From the NCBI GenBank assembly GCA_964474635.1, contig CAYYTT010000001.1:15930-79929 (forward strand): DNA of 64,000 nt, written 5' to 3'. The DNA is from an uncultured Alphaproteobacteria bacterium (lineage in GTDB: Bacteria > Pseudomonadota > Alphaproteobacteria > JAJFIK01). A model generated the notes under the pieces. That model saw only the letters and a program-made list of their open reading frames with translations. It was not told where the DNA came from and made no database searches. A program made the translations under genes and the position numbers. Shown in pieces: positions 42,381 through 50,410 of this stretch (the first letter of the stretch is position 1; each line of letters opens with the position of its first letter).

Positions 42381-42814
42381 GACCTGCCCCTTTATTGCGG
42401 AAACGGAATTATGGAAACGGATTTACGTAAGCCTCCGGGCTCCCCGCATTCGTCGCCCGAAAGACTGATGTACCTAAACCGAGACCGTTGACAGTTTGAT
42501 GACACGCGGCAGAAACGCACCAAAACAGATGTCAGTGCACTGCAAGACACCAAAAGGAGGTCGGGCCAAGCGAAATGTTATACTGTATCAAATCCAATCG
42601 AGCCCATCGCGTTGCCATGCGACATCTTTTTAATTTCACCGCGTCTGTTTCGCGAAAACGGCGTTTTGCGCCAAGACGACTAAGCCGTCCGAGCACTGTA
42701 ATAAATCTGTCACTAAAAACTCATGCAGCCGTCATCGACTGCCGGTAAGGCCCTAGGGTACGGGGTTTTGCAGACGTGAAATCTCGGCAAATCCATAATC
42801 TCTAGAGGGCTGTC

Positions 42815-45016
42815 ATGAAATCTCTTTTAAAAGGCACGACCGCGCTCGCCGGCGTTTTCGTCGCCGGCGGTGCTCTTGCCGCTGAAGTTCCGACCCTGAC
42901 CCAGGACGTTGCCCAAGAGCAGTCCCGTCAGCTGATCGAAGATCTCGCCAACGAAGCCGCGTTCGCACAAATCCCGAACCTGCGCGCTGGTAGCCCGATG
43001 TCCGCAGCCGGTGAGCTGCTGAACCGCGGCGAATACCTGGCTGGCGACAAGCACAACCACACCACCTGCTCGGATGGCTCCACGTCTCCGAAGGTGCTGG
43101 CTGACCAGGCCCTCGTGGCCTTCGGCCTCGACTGGTTCGGCATGGTCGGTCACGGTGGTTCCGGCACGCGCGACTGCCGCTTCACCGACATCGATTACAC
43201 CACGCTGATCGGCGGCCCGGTTGCCGAGCGCGTGTTCCGCCAAGGCCAGGGCGACGGCGGTGCCCTGTGGGTCGACACCATCGGTGAAGACGCCATCCTC
43301 GGCGACGAGAACCGCTCCACCTCGCGCGTGACCGACAATCCGGAAACAGAAGAGCGCGAGCGCGCCAAGGCCATGTGGCGCTGGCAGTCCGTGCGGGACT
43401 TCCAGTACCAGGACGTCATGCTGTCCGGCATTCAGGCCGGTAAGCCGGCCTTCACCGGCCTTGAGTGGGTCGTGCCGGGCCACGAGCACGCTTCGTCAGC
43501 CGTGCTGGACGGTCAGTTCCCGAATGGTGAGATCGAGCAGCTTGGCAACGCCAACGCCCAGGCCCAGTTCGAATATCTCTGGGACCGCGCCGACAACGAC
43601 TTCTCCGGCGGTAAGGAAGCCGGCTTCGAGTCGATCCGTAACGGCGGCCTGCCGAAAGAGCCGAACGTGGCCGGCGACCACCCCAAGTCGGTCCGCGCCG
43701 TTGAGTGGCTGCGCGCCAACTATCCGGTGACGTCCTTTGCCGTGGCCGCTCACACCGAGCGTCAGGGCGCCTTTGTTCCGGGTCAAAACCGCGGTTACAA
43801 CGTCGAGCACCTGCGTGACTGGCACAATGCCGGCCTGCTCGCCGACGACATCACCGCCTATTCCCTGTCCTTCGGCGCCGAGATCCAGGCCGGCCACCAG
43901 GCCGCCTCTGATCGTGGCACCTACTCTCCGGGCCGTCCGTCCGCCGGTTTCGGCACCTATGGTGGTAACGGCGCCTATGCCGCTGCTGAAGTGGCTCTGC
44001 CGGGCAAGACCTTCGACGGCGAAGATCTGACGGCGGAAGATCTGGAAGGCACGGGCATCAACCCGGGTCTCCTGGACTCCACGCCCGAGCGCATCGTTCT
44101 GGGTCGTCCGGGCGTGCGCACCCTCTGGGACGCCATGCTCGGTGAAGGCCGCCGCTTCTTCCTGGTCGGTTCGTCCGACTGGCACAACCGCGGTTCCTTC
44201 GGCCCCTACGAGCCGCAGTCCACGCTCGACTTCTTTCCGGGCGAATACCAGAAAATGTACAGCTACGTGCCGAACTCGGTTGAAACCAACCTGGCCGAAG
44301 CCGTCGTCGCGGGTCTGCGTTCGGGCAACACCTACACGGTCATGGGCGATCTGGTCGGCGACGACCTGGCGTTCGTGGCGTGCTACGACATCACCGGCGA
44401 ATGCGTGACGATGGGTCAGACGCTCGAAGTCTTCGAAGGCGAAGGCAATGTCGAGTACATGATCCGTCTGACGGATCCGGAAGGTGCAAACAACAGCCCG
44501 TACTTCTTCCCGAATGCGTCGCTGTACCAGCTCGGCATCGAAATCCCGACCAACGAGCCGGTGCTGCACCACGTCGACATCATCACGGGCGACGTGACCG
44601 GCGAGATCACGCCGGACATGCCGGAATACACCACCAACAACTCCAACCCGTCGACGCAGATCTTCTTCACGTTCGACGAAACCAACTGGGTTGAAGAAGA
44701 AGGTGGTGTCCGGATCATGACGTGGTCCGTGCCGGTGGCCGACATGGACGGCGACAGCTATGTCCGTTTCCGCGGCACCAACATCCCGCAGGGTACGCCC
44801 AACGAGCAGGATGCCGACGGTAACCCGCTGTTCGACGGCGCGTCCGACAACATCGTCTGCCCGTTCGAAAACCCCGAGTCCGATGGACTGTTCAACCCGA
44901 ACTTCTGCCCGGATCACCTGCCGGTGATCGACGGCACGAAGCGGATCTCCTTCGGTCTTGAGGCCTGGACAGACCTGTGGGTCATGGGCAACCCGATCTT
45001 CATCCAAGTGAAGTGA
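42815..45016 (+). CDS. Secreted PHP-fold (polymerase/histidinol-phosphatase-like) metal-dependent hydrolase, function unknown
   Basis: 733 aa. Signal peptide MKSLLKGTTALAGVFVAGGALAAEVP. PHP-type metal ligand motifs in order: GDKHNHTTCSDGS (HxH), GMVGHGGSG, VVPGHEHAS, AVAAHTERQG, VGSSDWHNRG (DxH). Codon usage is visibly different from its neighbours (frequent ggt, cgt, ccg, gaa, ttc, aac). Confidence 0.65.
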   Translation: MKSLLKGTTALAGVFVAGGALAAEVPTLTQDVAQEQSRQLIEDLANEAAFAQIPNLRAGSPMSAAGELLNRGEYLAGDKHNHTTCSDGSTSPKVLADQALVAFGLDWFGMVGHGGSGTRDCRFTDIDYTTLIGGPVAERVFRQGQGDGGALWVDTIGEDAILGDENRSTSRVTDNPETEERERAKAMWRWQSVRDFQYQDVMLSGIQAGKPAFTGLEWVVPGHEHASSAVLDGQFPNGEIEQLGNANAQAQFEYLWDRADNDFSGGKEAGFESIRNGGLPKEPNVAGDHPKSVRAVEWLRANYPVTSFAVAAHTERQGAFVPGQNRGYNVEHLRDWHNAGLLADDITAYSLSFGAEIQAGHQAASDRGTYSPGRPSAGFGTYGGNGAYAAAEVALPGKTFDGEDLTAEDLEGTGINPGLLDSTPERIVLGRPGVRTLWDAMLGEGRRFFLVGSSDWHNRGSFGPYEPQSTLDFFPGEYQKMYSYVPNSVETNLAEAVVAGLRSGNTYTVMGDLVGDDLAFVACYDITGECVTMGQTLEVFEGEGNVEYMIRLTDPEGANNSPYFFPNASLYQLGIEIPTNEPVLHHVDIITGDVTGEITPDMPEYTTNNSNPSTQIFFTFDETNWVEEEGGVRIMTWSVPVADMDGDSYVRFRGTNIPQGTPNEQDADGNPLFDGASDNIVCPFENPESDGLFNPNFCPDHLPVIDGTKRISFGLEAWTDLWVMGNPIFIQVK

Positions 45017-45076
45017 TGCACGGCGGCGGCACTGCGGTGCCACGACCGTTTGCAGCACTGATCTTGTGACGATCCT

Positions 45077-45102
45077 GGACGGGGGCCCTCGGGCCCCCGT
45101 CC
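45077..45102 (+). terminator. GC-rich stem-loop downstream of the PHP-fold gene
   Basis: ggacgggggc (45077-45086) pairs exactly with gcccccgtcc (45093-45102), with a 6-nt centre cctcgg. No U-tract follows, so intrinsic-terminator function is uncertain. Confidence 0.35.
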
Positions 45103-45258
45103 GCACATCCGGCACCGGAGCGGGGCTTGCCCACTCGGCATATCCGCCGCGCCGGGTCAGGCTCGTGACGTCCGGCACGTCCGGCGCTCAAAGTTCAGAT
45201 CGGGCGGGACATCATGGACCGCACTGGCTGACAAAGTTATGGTGCCACGCGTGAAGCC

Positions 45259-47988
45259 TTGGGCGCTTCGGCCGCAGGCTCGTCCGCTTCCAGAAGGATT
45301 GCTTCGGTGACCCGATCTCTCGCCGCTCTCGTCTATGCCGTCCTTGTGCTGTCGGGCTTTGCCGGCCTCGGCTACCAGGCCGTCTGGACACGGATGGTAG
45401 CCCAGGGCGTGGGCCATGAATATGTGGCCGCCCTCGGCGTGGTCGCGGCCTTCTTTTGCGGTCTCGGGCTTGGCAGCCTGTGGCTCGACGGCCGGATCAG
45501 CCGCAGCGCGCGCCCCGCCGCGTGGTACGCGGCCCTTGAAGCCATTATCGGCGTCTGGGCGCTGGCCCTGATCTGGCTCATCCCGGCGGTCAACGCGGTG
45601 CTGCCCAGCTGGCTTGGGCCCGCGCCGGCCGCGCATGTTCACTGGCTGACGGCCTTCGCCGCGCCCTTTGTCCTGTTTCTGCCGGCGACCCTGGCCATGG
45701 GGGGAACCCTTCCGGCCGCCGACCGGCTGGTCATGCGCCTGCGCGGGGATGGACTGGGCCTCGGCGGCGTTTACGGCGCCAACACCTTCGGCGCCATGGC
45801 CGGCGCCCTTGCGACAACCTTTTTCATCGTCCCGGCCGCGGGCTACAGCACGAGCCTGGTGATCCTGGCCCTGATCAATGGCGTTGCGGCCCTGGCCCTC
45901 ATCATGGGGCCGCTGCGCGACGACGCCGCCCCCATGGCGACCTGCGCGTCTCGTGACCCCGCTCCGGCGGCACCGACCGTCCTCCTGGGCCTTCTGTTTG
46001 CCACCGGCCTCCTTGGCATTGGGTATGAGGTCGTGGCAATCCGCGCGCTCTCCCAGGTTCTGGAAAACACGGTCTTTTCTTTTGCCGCCCTCCTGGCGAC
46101 CTATCTTCTCGGGACGGCCATCGGCGCGGGCCTTTATCACCGCCACACCGTCAGGCGCGGTGCGACGCGCGACGCCGTGGCGGATCTACCCCGCCTGCTA
46201 CAGCTCCAGGCCCTCACCGGCCTTCTGGGCGTTGCCGCCCTGTGGATCGTGCCCGATTTGTATCGCTCCGTACGCGCATGGCCTCTGGAGGGGACGAGCG
46301 CAGCGATCCTGGCGGAACTTGCCGCCGGCGCGGCCGTCTTCCTTCTACCGACCATGGTGATGGGCGCGGTCTTCACCGCGCTTGCGCAAACCCTGCGCCG
46401 GCCCGACGGGGGCGTCGGCACCGCGATGGCCGCGAACACCTTCGGTGCGGCCTGTGCGCCGGTGCTGTTCGGCATTTTGATTTTGCCGCAGGCCGGCGTC
46501 GTGGCCACCCTCGCCATGATCTGCGCGGCCTATCTGGTTCTTTTGCCGGCGGCACGCATGGACATCATTGCGCCCAGTGCCGCCCTCGCCGCGGCGGCGG
46601 CCGTTTTGGTGCTCGGCCCCGTGAAACCGAGCCTTTTGGATCTGCCCGAAGGCACCCAGCTGCACCGCAGCATTGAGGGCGTCATGGGCACCGTAACGGT
46701 GTATGCGGATGACGCCGAAAACCGCTATCTGAAGGTCAACAACCACTTTGTCATGGGCGGCACGGCCACCAAGATGGCCGACCGGCGCCAGGGCCACGGG
46801 CCCCTGCTGCTCCACCCCAATCCGAAAAAGGCGCTTTTTCTGGGTGTGGGCACGGGCGCAACCTTTGCGGCGGCGGCCTACCATCCAGACCTGACGGCCG
46901 ATGCCGTGGAACTCGTTCCCGAAGTCCTCGATGTGCTGCCCGATTTCGAGGCCGTCTCGGGCGAACTCGCACAAGCCGAAACGCTACGCCTTTATGCGGC
47001 CGATGCCCGCCGCTTCGTGGCCTCCACCAGTGAGCGATATGACGTGATCGTCTCGGATACCTTCCATCCGTCCCGGGACGGGGCGGGACTGCTTTATACG
47101 GTGGAACATTTCGAAGCGATCCGGGACCGGCTGGCCGAAGGCGGCCTGTTCTGCCAATGGCTGCCGCTGCACCAGCTCGATCTGGACACCTTGAAGGTGA
47201 TCATCCGATCCTTCCTGGCGGCCTATCCGGACGGGATTGCCGTGCTCAACGACAACAGTCTGATGACGCCGGTGGTGGGCTTGATCGGCGGGCGTGGGCC
47301 CCTCGCCGTGCCGGCCATGACCGTGCCGCCGCGCCCCCTGCTTGCCGCGATGCAGGCCTCGGGCCTTGTCTCCCCGGTTCCAGGGCTTGAGGGCTTCGTG
47401 GCCGGCCCCGATGCGCTGAAGGCGTATGCGGGTCCTGGTCCACTGAACACGGATGATCATCCCCTGGTGCTGTTCAATGCGCCGCGCGCCGTTTATGACG
47501 GTCTCGGACCGGCCTCCGAACGGGCCTTGAGTTTCGTTGAGGATCTGCAACGCACGCCGCCTCAGGGTCTGCTGCCGGTCCAGGCGGAAGGCCGCATGCC
47601 CACCTATTGGCGGGCCCGGGACCGGTATCTGGTGCTCGGCTCCATGGTGATGAACCGGTGGGGCGGCGCGTCGGACGCGGCCGACAGGTTGGACCGTCAA
47701 TTGATCGAGATCTTGAACATCAGCAGCGATTTCGCACCGGCCTATGAGGCCTTGCTGCGCCGGGCCCTCGATCTGCATGAGAACGATCCGCCGCGCACGC
47801 TGGTCCTCTTGATGAACATGGTGGCCGCCAACCCGTCGCGCCGGGAAGCCTATGACCTCATCTCGCGCTGGTTCCCCGGCGCGATCCCGGGCGCTGAAGC
47901 GCCGTCCCTCAACATTATGCCGGCCATGCCCGGCGCACCCGACCCGGGCGGGGTCGAGGGGCGCGCCCTCGAAGGAGAGCAGCCGTGA
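45259..47988 (+). CDS. Fused polytopic membrane (MFS-like) / spermidine synthase-like protein with C-terminal helical-repeat region
   Basis: 909 aa. ~12 hydrophobic helices in the first ~480 aa (LVLSGFAGLGYQAVWTRM...). Then a class I SAM/aminopropyltransferase-like core: KKALFLGVGTGATFAAAAYHP...ADAVELVPEVL...YDVIVSDTFHPSRDGAGLLYTVEHFEAIRDRLAEGGLFCQWL. Start is TTG 45259 or GTG 45307. The stop overlaps the next start (GTGA). Confidence 0.8.
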   Translation: MGASAAGSSASRRIASVTRSLAALVYAVLVLSGFAGLGYQAVWTRMVAQGVGHEYVAALGVVAAFFCGLGLGSLWLDGRISRSARPAAWYAALEAIIGVWALALIWLIPAVNAVLPSWLGPAPAAHVHWLTAFAAPFVLFLPATLAMGGTLPAADRLVMRLRGDGLGLGGVYGANTFGAMAGALATTFFIVPAAGYSTSLVILALINGVAALALIMGPLRDDAAPMATCASRDPAPAAPTVLLGLLFATGLLGIGYEVVAIRALSQVLENTVFSFAALLATYLLGTAIGAGLYHRHTVRRGATRDAVADLPRLLQLQALTGLLGVAALWIVPDLYRSVRAWPLEGTSAAILAELAAGAAVFLLPTMVMGAVFTALAQTLRRPDGGVGTAMAANTFGAACAPVLFGILILPQAGVVATLAMICAAYLVLLPAARMDIIAPSAALAAAAAVLVLGPVKPSLLDLPEGTQLHRSIEGVMGTVTVYADDAENRYLKVNNHFVMGGTATKMADRRQGHGPLLLHPNPKKALFLGVGTGATFAAAAYHPDLTADAVELVPEVLDVLPDFEAVSGELAQAETLRLYAADARRFVASTSERYDVIVSDTFHPSRDGAGLLYTVEHFEAIRDRLAEGGLFCQWLPLHQLDLDTLKVIIRSFLAAYPDGIAVLNDNSLMTPVVGLIGGRGPLAVPAMTVPPRPLLAAMQASGLVSPVPGLEGFVAGPDALKAYAGPGPLNTDDHPLVLFNAPRAVYDGLGPASERALSFVEDLQRTPPQGLLPVQAEGRMPTYWRARDRYLVLGSMVMNRWGGASDAADRLDRQLIEILNISSDFAPAYEALLRRALDLHENDPPRTLVLLMNMVAANPSRREAYDLISRWFPGAIPGAEAPSLNIMPAMPGAPDPGGVEGRALEGEQP

Positions 47989-48722
47989 GCGAGACCGACA
48001 CGAAGGAACCGGCCGGCACCCGTTCCGCCCCCGGCGCCCCAGCCCAAAGCAAGGCCGCGGGGCCCGCCGGCAGCGGCGCGCCCGCCGATCAACTCGCCCA
48101 GCCCGTCACCCAAAGTATGACGGTGGCGTTTCCCACGCCCATCGTCATGCATGACTGGCCCGACAGCGACGATCTCAACGCGGCCCTGCAAAACCTCATC
48201 CTCGCCGAGGAGGAGCGCGACAAGGGCCTTGTCAAAAGTAATGTGGGCGGGTGGCATTCCGCACTCGATTTTCTGCACCGGGACGAAGAGCCCCTGCAGC
48301 GCATCCTCGCGCGCATGCGCAATCTGATGATGGCCCTGATCCCGGAGACCATGGCCGCGCCGAAAACCGACTCCCACCTGCGCATGGCGATCGAGGCGTG
48401 GGCCAATGTTCTGCGCGCCGGCGAGTACAACACCATTCACAATCACCCCAACGCGACCTGGTCGGGTGTCTACTACGTCACCGGCAATCAGCACACGATT
48501 TCGGGCCGTGCCCTGCCCTTCGCCGGCAAACTGGAGTTCGTCGACCCGCGCCCGGGCGCGAGCATCAGCTACCAGAACAACTCGAAGCTCTACGGGCGCT
48601 GCATGGTCGAGCCTCAGGCCGGGCGGATGGTCATGTTCCCCTCCTGGCTCCAGCACTTCGTGCACCCTTGTGCCGGTGCGGGCGAGCGGATATCGATCGC
48701 GTTCAATGTGTTAATGCGCTGA
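47985..48722 (+). CDS. TIGR02466-type putative 2OG-Fe(II) oxygenase
   Basis: 245 aa. GGWHSALDFLH, ANVLRAGEYNTIHNHPNATWSGVYYV, GKLEFVDPRPGA, GRMVMFPSWLQHFVHPC...ERISIAFNV. Confidence 0.8.
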   Translation: MSETDTKEPAGTRSAPGAPAQSKAAGPAGSGAPADQLAQPVTQSMTVAFPTPIVMHDWPDSDDLNAALQNLILAEEERDKGLVKSNVGGWHSALDFLHRDEEPLQRILARMRNLMMALIPETMAAPKTDSHLRMAIEAWANVLRAGEYNTIHNHPNATWSGVYYVTGNQHTISGRALPFAGKLEFVDPRPGASISYQNNSKLYGRCMVEPQAGRMVMFPSWLQHFVHPCAGAGERISIAFNVLMR

Positions 48723-48737
48723 GGCGAGGTTGCGGCG

Positions 48738-49367
48738 ATGGATGAGGTCATTCCCCTGTTCCCCACACCGGTGATGGTGTGCAAGGGTGTCGTCGATCCC
48801 GACACGCTGGTGAGCTTTAACGAGGACCTGGCGGGCGAAACCTGGTTTCGCAACAAGCACACGGATCTTTTGACCCACACTGAGGTGGTCAATCCGTCCT
48901 CGAACAAGATGTTCCTGAAGCTGCGCAAGATGGTTTTGCCGAAAATCACCGATTTCGGCGTCCAGATGTTCGGGGAAAAGCTCAATTGGACCGTGAAGGA
49001 AATGTGGGTGAACATCCTGCATCCGGGCGGTTTCCAGGCCACCCATTCCCACGCGAACAGTTTTGTCTCGGCCGTGATTTACCTGACGCCGTTCCACCCG
49101 TCCTGCAATCTGGTGATCCATCGCAATGGCGGCGGCGGTCTCGACTTCGTGTTCAACAATTCCCACGAAAACATGCAGCATGGGCCTTTCAATGCCGCCA
49201 AATGGCAGTGCCCGTCCCTTGGCGCCGGCGACATGATCCTGTTTCCCAGTTATATGCTGCATGAAGTGCCGCGCAATGAGGGCGATACGCGGCGCGTCTC
49301 CATCGCCATGAATGCGATTCCGGATCGGCTCAATTCCTGGGGCTATCAGATCAAATTCGGTAAATAG
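48738..49367 (+). CDS. TIGR02466-type putative 2OG-Fe(II) oxygenase, second paralogue
   Basis: 209 aa. WVNILHPGGFQATHSHANSFVSAVIYL, GDMILFPSYMLHEVPRNEGDTRRVSIAMN. Visibly lower GC than the preceding paralogue. Confidence 0.8.
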   Translation: MDEVIPLFPTPVMVCKGVVDPDTLVSFNEDLAGETWFRNKHTDLLTHTEVVNPSSNKMFLKLRKMVLPKITDFGVQMFGEKLNWTVKEMWVNILHPGGFQATHSHANSFVSAVIYLTPFHPSCNLVIHRNGGGGLDFVFNNSHENMQHGPFNAAKWQCPSLGAGDMILFPSYMLHEVPRNEGDTRRVSIAMNAIPDRLNSWGYQIKFGK

Positions 49368-49572
49368 GGTTCTGCGCCAGGACCGCGCCGCAGACCTGTT
49401 TGCACCAATCCGCAAACTGCTCTTCCGACCGGCGGCCCTCTCAACCCATCGTGATCGCGAGCGCAGGAACACGATCCAAAGCGGCGGGCACGGAGCGTGT
49501 GGCCCTGGATGGCTTCGCGTGCGCTCGCCATGACGATGACTTGAGAAGACCGCCGGCAGGTTTTGCCTCGGC

Positions 49573-50127
49573 TTACTGGGGAACCTGCGTGCTGGCGGGG
49601 GCTGCGTCGCCCGATTTGGACACGTCGACCTTCTGGAAATTGGCAACAGGTTTCTTGGTGATTTTGTCCGTCTCGCCGCGCATCACCAGGATTTCATCCC
49701 AGGAGGCATCGCCGTCCCGATTGGTGTCGGCGGCGGAGATCAGTCGCTCCAGGTGGTTGGCGTAGTCAATATGGTTGGCCAGATCGTCCCCGTCCGGATC
49801 CATCTCGTCGAAATAAGCGTTCCGGATGCCGGTCCAGTATTCGTGGACGAAGGTCACATACTCCTCGCGGCTGAGCATGCCGGACCGGTCGAGATCCATC
49901 CGCCGGAACAGAGTGCCTGCGTGTTCGGCGACCTCGCCCGTGTTCACATAGCCCTCATTGGTGCAGTCCATCACGTAAAAGATGCCCGCAAGACCGGCCG
50001 CGGTTGCGACGGGCGGCACATCCTTGGGCGCGGCGGCTTTTTTCGATGCGACGGGCTCGGCCTGCGCCCCGGTCAACAGACCGGCGGCCAGGGCGATACC
50101 GCCCAAAAGCAGTGTCATACGGCTCAT
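49573..50127 (-). CDS. Secreted EF-hand calcium-binding protein
   Basis: ORF trimmed to MSRMTLLLGGIALAAGLLTGAQA at 50127, with GAGGAGGGA just upstream. EF loops: DLDRSGMLSREE, DPDGDDLANHIDYANH and DTNRDGDASWDE. Confidence 0.8.
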   Translation of the reverse strand: MSRMTLLLGGIALAAGLLTGAQAEPVASKKAAAPKDVPPVATAAGLAGIFYVMDCTNEGYVNTGEVAEHAGTLFRRMDLDRSGMLSREEYVTFVHEYWTGIRNAYFDEMDPDGDDLANHIDYANHLERLISAADTNRDGDASWDEILVMRGETDKITKKPVANFQKVDVSKSGDAAPASTQVPQ

Positions 50128-50410
50128 GGTATCCCTCCTCTTCCCGGGCACGCCGACCCAATTTCAGGGGCCAGTCGCTCCTGCGCGTTGGGTGCGCTTT
50201 CGCACAAGGGTCCTACCACAGATTACAGCAAAACGCAGCGGTTCCACGCGCCTTTGCGTGCGTCGCATGCCACGCCGTCCCCCCTTGCATTGATTTCCGG
50301 CGACACCCTCTGTATGCCGGTCAATGTGCGACATTATGGGAAATTGTAGCCCAGGCAATGGTCACCCCGGTTCCTTTGGGGCGTGCCTTGCGCTGGAGGG
50401 GAAACCGACC

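Noticed and set aside
42573-42590. aatgttatactgtatca as a Zur/Fur-type metal-regulator operator in the HupE / PHP-gene divergent region
   Set aside because: Only one half resembles the TGTTATA-type half-site I remember for alphaproteobacterial Zur boxes. The sequence is not a clean palindrome. This is too weak to call without a position weight matrix scan.
42575-42748. 57-codon ORF (MLYCIKSNRAHRVAMRHLFNF...) after an AAGGAGG in the AT-rich leader
   Set aside because: The 14-nt RBS spacing is long, there are no recognisable motifs, and such an ORF is expected by chance in AT-rich sequence. It is kept only as a note within the leader finding.
43496-45178. 560-aa minus-strand ORF
   Set aside because: Antisense to the PHP-fold gene, which has a signal peptide and ordered metal motifs. 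The minus-frame product is Arg/Val/Gly-rich with no motifs.
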